Below, piece by piece: positions 1-7,797 of a stretch of 11,914 nucleotides of DNA (positions are counted from its first letter, which is position 1; every line of letters begins with the position of its first letter). Location of the stretch: NCBI GenBank assembly GCA_945859975.1, contig CAMAPH010000065.1, positions 1 to 11,914 on the forward strand. The letters run 5' to 3'. Made by a program: the position numbers and the translations under genes. The DNA comes from Chthonomonas calidirosea (GTDB lineage: Bacteria > Armatimonadota > Fimbriimonadia > Fimbriimonadales > Fimbriimonadaceae). A model generated the notes under the pieces. The model worked only from the letters and a program-made list of their open reading frames with translations, had not been told where the DNA came from and searched no databases.

Positions 1-42
1 TCTTTTCGGTTAGGGAAGAGTTCTGTCCCGACAGACACCGCC

Positions 43-399
43 ATGATGACTTCGGCAAGACAGCTGAGCGTTTCTGCCTTCACGATGCTCTTCGTCGTGG
101 TTGGGCTGTCGTTCCGTCCAAGCATGAACTGGCTGGTTCTCGACCAGGAATACGCCAAAACCGATGGCATGATCGGGAAGACCAGCAACGATGTCATCGC
201 CGCGCTGGGCGACCCAACCGAGGTCTACAACAAAAAGCGATTCTGGGAGCGAGACCGGTGGGGAAATTTCCGCGGCTGGGATCCCGATCCGAGCTACCCG
301 ATCGGCGAACGAGCGTTCTGCTACGTGATCGGAACAAAACGCATCGTCTTCTACTTCGCCCGCGATGTCGTAACCGCCGTCAAAACCTCTTACTCGTAA
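43..399 (+). CDS. Hypothetical membrane-anchored/exported protein, possibly SmpA/BamE-like small domain
   Basis: 118-aa ORF with host-like codon usage. It has an N-terminal hydrophobic stretch (AFTMLFVVVGL), a 'GKTSNDVIAALGDP' motif reminiscent of SmpA/OmlA (GMT.++V...LG.P) and a C-terminal beta-strand pattern 'IVFYFARDVV'. The start could be either ATG (43 or 46). Confidence 0.65.
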   Translation: MMTSARQLSVSAFTMLFVVVGLSFRPSMNWLVLDQEYAKTDGMIGKTSNDVIAALGDPTEVYNKKRFWERDRWGNFRGWDPDPSYPIGERAFCYVIGTKRIVFYFARDVVTAVKTSYS

Positions 400-412
400 G
401 CCGGCCGAACCG

Positions 413-1081
413 TCAGAGCTCGAGCGACCAGGTTTCCTGAAGGGCGTCGTAAGAGATCGACTTCACGTGAAAGTCGCCGTAAAGCGTGTTGTACCGGAAC
501 CCTCGAATGTTGTCGAAGTAATCCCGCAAGCTGTCCGTCGGAGTGAGCGCGCGGGTCGAGCCGTGCCAATGCCCCGCACCGTCGAACATGACATTCACGT
601 CGGAAGGCAGCCGGAAATTCGTCTGGGTGAAGTACTTGAAGGCGATCTCCGTCCGGAAGAAGTAGCTCGAACCGTACACCTTCCACATGCTTGGGTCGGC
701 TCGAAATGGCGTGGGGAAGTGGTTCTCTAAAACCTGCGTCCCCGAGTCTCCCGGGCAGTGAAAAATGTCTTTGTTCTTCGCGTACGGCTGAACCACCTCG
801 TGGAGCAACGGCATCGTGTCGATCCGGTTTCGAAACTCCGGAAACTCTTCCCAAATCTCCGGCGCAAACTTATCGCTGGCATCCAGCGCATGAGGAAACT
901 GGTCCTCGTAATCCCCCATGTAAAGCGCAATCGAGGCCCCGATCTGCTTCAGATTGCTGATGCATGCCGACTTCTTAGCCTCCGCCTTCGCCCTCGCAAA
1001 AACTGGGAACAGGAACGCGGCGAGAATCGCGATGATCGCAATCACGACCAACAGTTCAATAAGCGTAAAGGCGCGCCGCAT
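413..1081 (-). CDS. Prepilin-type N-terminal cleavage/methylation domain protein (DUF1559-like, H-X9-DG-type C-terminus)
   Basis: Class III signal '[32 protein letters not shown]', then '[21 protein letters not shown]', '[14 protein letters not shown]' and C-terminal '[11 protein letters not shown]'. SD-like GAGAGG lies just upstream on the minus strand. Confidence 0.93.
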   Translation of the reverse strand: MRRAFTLIELLVVIAIIAILAAFLFPVFARAKAEAKKSACISNLKQIGASIALYMGDYEDQFPHALDASDKFAPEIWEEFPEFRNRIDTMPLLHEVVQPYAKNKDIFHCPGDSGTQVLENHFPTPFRADPSMWKVYGSSYFFRTEIAFKYFTQTNFRLPSDVNVMFDGAGHWHGSTRALTPTDSLRDYFDNIRGFRYNTLYGDFHVKSISYDALQETWSLEL

Positions 1082-1168
1082 ACCCTCTCAGTTTACGACG
1101 ACCACCGAGATTACGTGCCGAATATTTGGGTCAATCGCCGGAACCGTTTAAAGCTCGTAGGGTCGGCG

Positions 1169-1198
1169 TAGACTTTTGCCGCCTTCATAGTCCAAAAT
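1169..1198 (+). promoter_or_regulatory. Possible sigma70-type promoter for the 605-aa gene
   Basis: TAGACT (1169-1174), an 18-nt spacer and CAAAAT (1193-1198) lie in the divergent intergenic region. SD-like GAGGA precedes the TTG at 1247. Confidence 0.25.
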
Positions 1199-1246
1199 GA
1201 GTGGTTGCGCCCCAACCTGCATCCGGGGCCAGCGTGAGGAAGCAAT

Positions 1247-3064
1247 TTGGCCAAGCAAGTCTCGTTTAAGCCCGAAGAAATTTCTGCCCGATCCTATGCG
1301 GATCGCCTGATTCTCGAGAAACTCACCGAGATGGAGGCCGCAATCAAGCTCAGCGAACTGGCCGAGAAGTTGGCGGACAGTGGCATCGGTTTGGCAACCG
1401 TTCGATCCCTCCTGGCTTCGAACCCAGATCGATTCGCCTACCATGAGCGACGCTGGATTCCGGCCGCCCGACTGATCACTCAGGGCCGACCGCTTGCCGA
1501 AATCATCGCCGTCACCCTCGATCGATTCGGCGCGCCAATGCCGTTCGACCTTCTCGTGACCGAGATCTCCCGGGTCCGAAAAGAAGAAATCGAAGTCATC
1601 GAACCCGTCGTGCTTCGACTCCTCGACCACGACTCCCGATTCGCCTTCACCCTCGAGCACGAAGTCGCCCTCACCTCGTGGAGCTTCGTCGCCATCGATG
1701 AAGAACGAGATCGCGGCCTCGCCCTCAACGGCCTCACTCCAGAAGAAGTCGAAATTATTGAAGCCCGACTTGGCAACTTCGACTGGCGCGCAGATGATGC
1801 GGTTGCCGTCGCCATCGAAAAGCTCGCCCCGGCGCGATTGAAAGCCATTGGTGCTGCCTGCTGGAAGCAACTCAACTCCGAAGATCCAAAGTCGGTTCTG
1901 CTCTTTGATTTCCGAAAGTTTGCCGCCGAAGCCTTCAGCGTTCCAGGCTTCATCTACTCGCCCGATGGCACGATCTACCCAGAAAAAGAAGCCACCAAGT
2001 GGATTTCTGGCGCGATCAAGTTGGCCGATAAGCTCGCCCCATCCGTTGAAGTCGATGACGTCGCCCCGATGGAGATCAAGCCCGAGGACATCAGCAAGAT
2101 GGTAGGCAAGATCGTTGGCGTCGACACCAGCACCACCGCCCTCAAGCTTCTCGAAGAGAACTACGAAATCACGCCAGGAACCAAGACCTTTGTCGATGAC
2201 CTTGCGAACATGATTGCCGCCCTTCAAGGTAGCCCCGATGTCGTGTGGGTCGGCGGAGACCGATTCCGAAAGCCCGGTTCCATGCCGGACTACATCGCCG
2301 AGGTTCCAGAGCCGTTCTACTTCGTATCGTCCGACATCATGGACGAAGAAGGCGAACTCATCGATGTCGAACTCACCGATGACGGCCTCAGCACTTCGCT
2401 CCGAAAGCTCCTCAGCCACCCGCTGGCCATGGACGTGCTGGACGAAGACATTTCGCCAACGCCAAAGGTCATGCCAGACAGCGTTCGCTTGGTCCTTAAG
2501 TCCATCCACCGAGAGCTCGGCACGTTCCCAATGTGCCAGTTGCCAACCGGATTCCTCGATGCCACTCCAAACGTTCAGGAGTTGGTCATGCAGGATGCCG
2601 ACGGCCGAGAACTCACGATCTGGGCCAACCACGAAGCCCGGTTGACCTACAACTGGATCGACTGGTGGTTCGAGCAGACCAACGAAAGCGGCGCCGTCTT
2701 CACCCTGACCAAGACCAACAAGCCGAACGTCTTCGACTTCGCTTGGATGGAACAGCCAGACCCCGTCGTCTACATCACCGTTCAGCGAATGGAAGAACTC
2801 CGAAACATCGGTGTCGCTTCCGAAGGCAAGAGCATGCTCGACGTTCTCGTCGAAGTCTTTGCCCACTGGCCAAAGGGCGCCGACTTCTTGACTCTCCTCG
2901 CCGAAGTCAACGTTGTCCGACGCAGCAGCCGACGCCTCATCGCATCGCTCCTCAGCAGCTACCAGTGCTTCTACCAGCGATCCGGAAGCCCGGTCTGGCA
3001 CTTCGACGCCAAGAAGATCGATCTCGGCTTCGACAAGACGAAGCGCAAGTTCGTTCGAAAGTAA
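1247..3064 (+). CDS. Conserved hypothetical protein (605 aa) with several putative winged-helix-like units
   Basis: Long ORF with strong host codon bias (C-ending codons) and a TTG start preceded by GAGGA. It is acidic with no TM segment or signal peptide. Helix-helix-helix-beta-hairpin-like segments recur, ending in 'RF....RW', 'RF....EV', 'VVWVGGDRF' and 'CF.....VW'. Confidence 0.85.
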   Translation: MAKQVSFKPEEISARSYADRLILEKLTEMEAAIKLSELAEKLADSGIGLATVRSLLASNPDRFAYHERRWIPAARLITQGRPLAEIIAVTLDRFGAPMPFDLLVTEISRVRKEEIEVIEPVVLRLLDHDSRFAFTLEHEVALTSWSFVAIDEERDRGLALNGLTPEEVEIIEARLGNFDWRADDAVAVAIEKLAPARLKAIGAACWKQLNSEDPKSVLLFDFRKFAAEAFSVPGFIYSPDGTIYPEKEATKWISGAIKLADKLAPSVEVDDVAPMEIKPEDISKMVGKIVGVDTSTTALKLLEENYEITPGTKTFVDDLANMIAALQGSPDVVWVGGDRFRKPGSMPDYIAEVPEPFYFVSSDIMDEEGELIDVELTDDGLSTSLRKLLSHPLAMDVLDEDISPTPKVMPDSVRLVLKSIHRELGTFPMCQLPTGFLDATPNVQELVMQDADGRELTIWANHEARLTYNWIDWWFEQTNESGAVFTLTKTNKPNVFDFAWMEQPDPVVYITVQRMEELRNIGVASEGKSMLDVLVEVFAHWPKGADFLTLLAEVNVVRRSSRRLIASLLSSYQCFYQRSGSPVWHFDAKKIDLGFDKTKRKFVRK

Positions 3065-3104
3065 AGAACGAATCCCATCACGGTGGAAGGTGCCACAAAT
3101 TAGG

Positions 3105-3110
3105 TACCTT
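3105..3110 (+). promoter_or_regulatory. -10 hexamer (TACCTT) of a probable leaderless transcript
   Basis: TAnnnT exactly 6 nt upstream of GTG 3117, with no SD between them. The same geometry occurs at 5490, 5880 and 8771. Confidence 0.45.
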
Positions 3111-3116
3111 CCAAGC

Positions 3117-3629
3117 GTGACGATCACCCTCTTCATCGCAACCAGCCTCGACGGATACATCGCGGGGCCGGACGACGATCTCTCGTGGTTGTTTACCGAC
3201 GCCGACTACGGGTTCTCCGAATTCTACGAAACCGTTGACGGCCTCATCATGGGCCGCGGCACCTACGACGTAGTCCGCAAAATGGGCAAGTGGCCATATC
3301 CTGGCAAGCCCACCTACGTTGTCTCCAAGAACACCGATTTCAGCGTAGATACGCCGGACACCAAAGCCGCGACTGGCGAACTCGAAGACCTTGAAGTCGA
3401 ACTCGTTGATCTCGGTCTAAAGAACGTTTGGCTCGTCGGCGGCGGAGAGCTTGTCCGCTCCTTCCTCGATCAGCAGCGCATCGACCGCATCGTGATCAGC
3501 CTGCACCCCGTGCTCCTCGGACGCGGCGTTGCCCTTTTCGCCGGCGGATTCCCCGGCATGCGACTCAAGCTCGAACACGCCGAAAGTTTCGATTCCGGTC
3601 TCGTCCAGCTCACTTATCTCACTGACTAA
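3117..3629 (+). CDS. Dihydrofolate reductase family / RibD C-terminal domain protein
   Basis: Motifs 'LFIATSLDGYIA', 'IMGRGTY', 'VWLVGGGEL', 'IDRIVISLHPVLLGRGVALF' and 'SGLVQLTY'. The start was reassigned from the ORF track's 2913 to GTG 3117 (170 aa), where family similarity begins. Confidence 0.92.
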   Translation: MTITLFIATSLDGYIAGPDDDLSWLFTDADYGFSEFYETVDGLIMGRGTYDVVRKMGKWPYPGKPTYVVSKNTDFSVDTPDTKAATGELEDLEVELVDLGLKNVWLVGGGELVRSFLDQQRIDRIVISLHPVLLGRGVALFAGGFPGMRLKLEHAESFDSGLVQLTYLTD

Positions 3630-3635
3630 CGCAGG

Positions 3636-3680
3636 TATCCTTCGAACGTTCACAACTCAATCCCGCTGTAAGGGAAGGAC
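3636..3680 (+). promoter_or_regulatory. Putative thrS -10 element (TATCCT) and Shine-Dalgarno (AAGGGAAGGA)
   Basis: TATCCT at 3636-3641 follows the upstream stop codon. A purine-rich SD ends about 7 nt before ATG 3687. Confidence 0.4.
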
Positions 3681-3686
3681 CATCCT

Positions 3687-5492
3687 ATGCGCTACGAAGA
3701 AAGCAACCTCTATCGTCTCCGGCACTCCGCCGCCCACCTTCTGGCGCAAGCCGTCACCGAACTTTATCCCGGTGCGAAGCTCGCCATCGGACCACCCGTA
3801 GAGAACGGCTTCTACTACGACATCGACTTCCCAACCCCATTGCGCGAGGAAGATCTGCCGAAGCTCGAGCAGAAGATGAAAGAGCTGGCCAAGCTTGATC
3901 AGCGCATCGAGCGCACCGAAGTCAGTCGTGATGAAGCTCGTGCCTTGATCCTCGACGCCAGCATCCCCAGCATGGGCCCCGACGTCGCCGAGTACAAGCT
4001 CCAACTCCTCGATGCCATCCCCGAAGGCGAGACGATCAGCTTCTACAACCAGCAGCGAACCGACCGCGAAGGCGTCCTCCACCGCTTCCTGGACCTCTGC
4101 CGCGGACCGCACGTAGAGACAACGAAGGAAATCAAAGCCTTCAAGCTGATGTCCATCGCGGGTGCGTACTGGCGCGGCGACGTCAAAAACAAGCAGCTGA
4201 CGCGAATCTACGGCACGGCCTTCGAGACCAAAGAGGAACTCGAGCAGCACCTCTACATGCTCGAAGAGGCGAAAAAGCGAGACCACCGAATCCTCGGCAA
4301 GGAACTCGGCCTATTCATGTTCTCCCCTCGCGTTGGCACCGGTCTCCCGCTCTGGCTGCCCAAAGGCGCGACCTTGCGCCAGGTCATGATCGACTTCCTG
4401 CAAAAGGAGCAGGTGAAGCGCGGCTACGACCCCGTTGTGACGCCGCACATTGCCAGCATCAAGCTGTACGAAAAGTCCGGGCACATCATCAACTACCGCG
4501 ACAAGATGTTCCCGTTCATGGAGGACCACACGGAGGGTAGCGAAAAGGACACCTACATCCTAAAGCCGATGAACTGTCCGTTCCACATCGAAATCTACGC
4601 CTCCCAGATGCGCAGCTATCGAGACCTCCCGGTTCGGTACGCCGAGTTCGGAACCGTCCATCGTTACGAGCAAAGTGGGGAAGTCACCGGCATCCTCCGC
4701 GCTCGTGGCTTCACCCAAGACGACGCCCACCTCTTCGTCCGCCCCGACCAGCTGCTGGAAGAGTTCATTGGCGTGGTGGACCTCATGAAGACCGTTCTGA
4801 ACAAGCTCGGCCTCACCTCCTACCGCGCGCGACTCGGAACGAAGGATCCAAACGACTCGAAGTACGTCGGCCACGACGATAACTGGAAGCTCGCCACCGC
4901 CGCCATTGAAGAAGCGTGCCAAAAGATGGGCTTGGAGTACGAAGTCTCCCCCGGAGACGCCGCGTTCTATGGTCCAAAACTCGACCTCATCATCAAGGAC
5001 GCCCTCGGCCGAGACTGGCAGATGGGCACCGTCCAGGTGGACTACAACCTGCCTGAGCGATTCGAGCTGGAGTACATCGGCGAAGACAGCAAGCCCCATC
5101 GCCCGGTCATGATCCACCGCGCCCCGTTCGGCTCGCTAGAGCGAATGATCGGGCTCATCACCGAGCAATACGCCGGCGCCTTCCCGCTCTGGCTCGCCCC
5201 GGTCCAGATCAGCGTCCTCGCGATCGCCGACCGGCACAACGATGAGACTCTCGAAGTGGCAAACGAACTCCGTGAGACCATCTTCGACACGCGAAATCTT
5301 CGGGTGTCGATCGATGACCGCCGCGAAACCCTCGGCAAAAAGATCCGCGATGCCCAACTTGCCAAAGTCCCCTACATGCTGATCATCGGCGATAAGGACC
5401 TCGAAAACGGCACCGTCGGCGTCCGCTCCCGAGAAGAAGGCGACCTCGGCCCAATGACCCTAGAAGCGTTCCTGTCGCACATCAATAAGTAG
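3687..5492 (+). CDS. thrS: Threonine--tRNA ligase (short form without N-terminal TGS domain)
   Basis: Editing-domain motifs 'RHSAAHLLAQA', 'GFYYD' and 'DLCRGPH'. Catalytic-core motifs 'AKKRDHR', 'LKPMNCPFH', 'RGFTQDDAH', 'AFYGPKLD' and 'MIHRAPFGSLER'. Anticodon-binding 'LGKKIRDAQ..KVPYMLIIG'. Confidence 0.99.
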   Translation: MRYEESNLYRLRHSAAHLLAQAVTELYPGAKLAIGPPVENGFYYDIDFPTPLREEDLPKLEQKMKELAKLDQRIERTEVSRDEARALILDASIPSMGPDVAEYKLQLLDAIPEGETISFYNQQRTDREGVLHRFLDLCRGPHVETTKEIKAFKLMSIAGAYWRGDVKNKQLTRIYGTAFETKEELEQHLYMLEEAKKRDHRILGKELGLFMFSPRVGTGLPLWLPKGATLRQVMIDFLQKEQVKRGYDPVVTPHIASIKLYEKSGHIINYRDKMFPFMEDHTEGSEKDTYILKPMNCPFHIEIYASQMRSYRDLPVRYAEFGTVHRYEQSGEVTGILRARGFTQDDAHLFVRPDQLLEEFIGVVDLMKTVLNKLGLTSYRARLGTKDPNDSKYVGHDDNWKLATAAIEEACQKMGLEYEVSPGDAAFYGPKLDLIIKDALGRDWQMGTVQVDYNLPERFELEYIGEDSKPHRPVMIHRAPFGSLERMIGLITEQYAGAFPLWLAPVQISVLAIADRHNDETLEVANELRETIFDTRNLRVSIDDRRETLGKKIRDAQLAKVPYMLIIGDKDLENGTVGVRSREEGDLGPMTLEAFLSHINK

Positions 5493-5512
5493 AATCCGCA
5501 TATGCGGCTGAA
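5486..5512 (+). repeat. Direct repeat copy 1 (promoter plus start of duplicated gene; overlaps thrS stop)
   Basis: taagtagaatccgcatatgcggctgaa matches 8767-8793 (taagtagaatccgcctatgcggttgaa) at 25/27. It contains TAGAAT-6nt-ATG. Confidence 0.9.
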
Positions 5513-5764
5513 TCAAGAAGGGAGCCTGCCAACCAGGGTCCCTTCTTTACAGGGCGAAAGAAATTCCGTCTTTGCTGCTTACCCTGTCTTCAACTATCGG
5601 CGCTGACTTTGGTAGCGGGGACGATTTTGCTGACTCGCGAATACGCTTTATTCCAACTTGACGCGGGCCCATATTTGGCTGCCATGTACTTTCTAATCGC
5701 GGTTTCCTGGCTTGTCGCAGGTATGTTGCGACTTAAGGCGAAGAAAGTCTGTCCGATCCATTGA
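5502..5764 (+). pseudogene. 5' remnant of a paralogue of the 8783-9493 gene (frameshifted, truncated)
   Basis: Starts MRLNQEGSLPT versus MRLNERGSLFT. After a frameshift near 5540, 5621-5731 reads TILLTREYALFQLDAGPYLAAMYFLIAVSWLVAGMLR, which aligns without gaps to MVVITLDLVSFRVSVEAHSGTVLFLILIPWFAAGMSR (8906-9016; 10/37 identical). It stops at TGA 5762-5764. Confidence 0.8.
5515..5548 (+). terminator. Hairpin, probable intrinsic terminator of thrS
   Basis: AAGAAGGGAGCCTG-ccaac-CAGGGTCCCTTCTT pairs at 13/14 bp, ends in TTCTTT and lies 22 nt after the thrS stop. Confidence 0.55.
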
Positions 5765-5879
5765 GCGCAGACCAAGAAGTTCGTTCCGCTTAGATTCCGG
5801 CCGCCAATCCAAACTGTGGGACAGGGAAGAAAACCTTGTCCGATGAGTACATTTGGCACGTTAGAGGCGTCTGAAGACC

Positions 5880-5885
5880 TAGAAT
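5880..5885 (+). promoter_or_regulatory. -10 hexamer (TAGAAT) of a probable leaderless transcript for the cassette
   Basis: TAGAAT-agacag-ATG(5892), with no SD in between. The hexamer and spacing are identical to 5490 and 8771. Confidence 0.5.
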
Positions 5886-5891
5886 AGACAG

Positions 5892-7796
5892 ATGATCATC
5901 CCGCCCCACGCAAGATTACAGTTTGTAACCGTTGTGCCTAGCGATACAATCACCTATCCGGTGCCAGCTCGTGCAGTCCGTGTAGAAACAGGCGGAAACC
6001 TGCGATATCGGAACTCCGCTAGTGTAGACATCACGCTAAGTTCTGTCGCACCGGGACTTCTGTTCATTGATGCCGTTCGCATCTGGGCAACCGGAACTAC
6101 CGCGACGGGAGTGACTGCGGCGTTTGCCTGGATTACCGACACTTCCAATTGGTCCGACATTAATATTCAACTTATCCCTGACTGGGGAGCCATAGGGTTC
6201 AACCCCGTCAAGGGAAACGGCAAGTTCCAGCGCTCTTTGAATCATCAGTGGCGGTATACGGGCAAGCCAGCGGATGAAATTCCGACAACCGGTTTTACGG
6301 ATCGCTACGTGGATCCAATAATAGGGGACGACGGCAACGATGGGACGTCGCCGACGCAACAGCCAAATAATGTCGGCCCATGGAAGTCGTTAGAGTTCGC
6401 CCTCAACGTACTTAACATAGCGAACCTACGTATTATCATTCCTGACAAATCTGTTTTTGACTTTCGCGCTTTGGGTGGCCGGCCTTGGAGCACTTTGGTG
6501 AGACGAGTTCCCAGACCCAGCAAAACAATTGTGATAAACGCCTCGGCTCTCGCTGGAAACTTTGATCAGGACCTGGGTTGGCGCACTTCGACCGAAATGG
6601 AACGCAAAACCGGTTGGACTCAAGTCGGGTCTACGAGCGTATACTTTTCTGAAGTTTTCTGTAACGGAGATGACAATTCAATTCCTGATTTCGATTGGAA
6701 ATCTGGGCCAAATGCCATTGGTGGCTCTTCCTTACAAACTGGCTGCATTATAGACGAAGCGCTTACGGATCAGAACGGGCCCACACGATACTTACAAGTC
6801 AACTCTTCGTCGGATGTCAGTGCTGCTCCATTCACGTATGCTTATGTGCGTGATACGGTCACAAGGCTTTGTACGGTCTACATAAATACCGGCAGCTCAG
6901 ACCCTGCATCGACCGAAGGAATTCGGGTCTTCGCTAACACTTATGGTGGTAGTTTTGATACAGCAAATTTTGCCGCAGGAAACACGAAAGAACTTTGTGT
7001 CATAAACGGCACCTTTGAAGGTGGTCACGGAACCTTCGTCGTCGCTGGTACGGATGGAAAGTCAAATGCCAACCTCATCACCTTCTGGCAATGTGTTTTT
7101 CGCTACAGTAAAGCAGGAAGAGCTGGACTCAGTGTAGATCGACCCTGCGAGGTGCGCGCATTTTACTCAACGGCCTATGCGAATGGTAATGACGGGATTA
7201 CGTACACCTCGACAATGTCACAAAATCAGCGATCCGATGACTACTTAATTCGTGTATTGGAAGTAGGCTGTCGTTCATTTTGGAACGGGTCGACTGCTGC
7301 GTCCATAACCGTTAACGGTACTCCTAATTCAAGCCTCTTAGGAAAGGTGAATGGATATACTTCGCACCAAGGGGCAAAAGTCGTGAGAGTCGGTGCGATT
7401 GCCCATTCTAACGGTGGCGCAAACTATGGTGATGCCGCATCAAGTGGATACATCCGTACACTGAATCTTGGCTGCTATAGCTGGCGCTCTCTTGGTAGTA
7501 CTACGAAGTCTGAAGGTAAAGTCCAATTTGCTGTGTACGGATACAGTGGCTCTCTACCTGAGGAGAATTCTGCCGCACAATCTGGAGCCATCGTTTGGCT
7601 ACTCGATTTCGGTTACTGGTCGGAGCTTGGCGAAATCACGCTCTCGGACAACATCTTGTTTATGACGGATGAACAAGTTGGTCAACCGGCTAGAAATGTA
7701 GGACGTATCCAATCGACCGACGATTTCCCTACGCCAAAAGTCGTTTTGGATAAGGGTGCGACTGAACTCAGCAACTTTACCAAAATTGTGTTTTAA
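5892..7796 (+). CDS. Phage/GTA head-spike-base (Rcc01079-like) domain fused to a putative right-handed beta-helix (pectin-lyase-like) region
   Basis: Residues ~11-78 'VTVVPSDT..YPVPARAVRVETGGNL....DITLSSVAPG.LFIDAVRIWATGTTATGVTA' match the remembered family pattern (TPSD...RA+YVG.GGN+...VT+..VPAG.+P+...R+.ATGTTAT.+VA). 'YVDPIIGDDGNDGTSP...PWKSLEFAL' is a typical beta-helix cap, and later G/N-rich rungs include 'AYANGNDGITY', 'SFWNG' and 'NGYTSHQGAKVVRVG'. There is no signal peptide. Confidence 0.75.
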   Translation: MIIPPHARLQFVTVVPSDTITYPVPARAVRVETGGNLRYRNSASVDITLSSVAPGLLFIDAVRIWATGTTATGVTAAFAWITDTSNWSDINIQLIPDWGAIGFNPVKGNGKFQRSLNHQWRYTGKPADEIPTTGFTDRYVDPIIGDDGNDGTSPTQQPNNVGPWKSLEFALNVLNIANLRIIIPDKSVFDFRALGGRPWSTLVRRVPRPSKTIVINASALAGNFDQDLGWRTSTEMERKTGWTQVGSTSVYFSEVFCNGDDNSIPDFDWKSGPNAIGGSSLQTGCIIDEALTDQNGPTRYLQVNSSSDVSAAPFTYAYVRDTVTRLCTVYINTGSSDPASTEGIRVFANTYGGSFDTANFAAGNTKELCVINGTFEGGHGTFVVAGTDGKSNANLITFWQCVFRYSKAGRAGLSVDRPCEVRAFYSTAYANGNDGITYTSTMSQNQRSDDYLIRVLEVGCRSFWNGSTAASITVNGTPNSSLLGKVNGYTSHQGAKVVRVGAIAHSNGGANYGDAASSGYIRTLNLGCYSWRSLGSTTKSEGKVQFAVYGYSGSLPEENSAAQSGAIVWLLDFGYWSELGEITLSDNILFMTDEQVGQPARNVGRIQSTDDFPTPKVVLDKGATELSNFTKIVF

Positions 7797-7797
7797 G

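Noticed and set aside
2913..3116. N-terminal extension of the DHFR-like ORF given in the ORF track
   Set aside because: It overlaps the upstream gene and is low-complexity Ser/Ala/Arg. Family similarity and a -10 hexamer point to GTG 3117.
1148..3160. 670-aa minus-strand ORF
   Set aside because: It is the antisense shadow of the codon-biased 605-aa gene, has no recognisable motifs and also overlaps the DHFR-like gene.
3657..5365. Several antisense and alternate-frame ORFs within thrS
   Set aside because: These are shadow ORFs typical of GC-rich coding DNA.
5590..5859. Minus-strand 89-aa ORF ending '...WIGGRN...ETAIRKYMAAKYG', which resembles the C-terminus of LamG-like phage fibre domains and is divergent from the spike gene
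   Set aside because: The most suggestive part is the exact antisense of the plus-strand pseudogene segment (PYLAAMYFLIAVS) that aligns with the 8783 gene. The resemblance is most likely coincidental; an HHpred search would settle it.
7756..7797. Upstream GTG start for the lipoprotein
   Set aside because: ATG 7798 gives a canonical lipoprotein signal peptide directly after the upstream stop codon.
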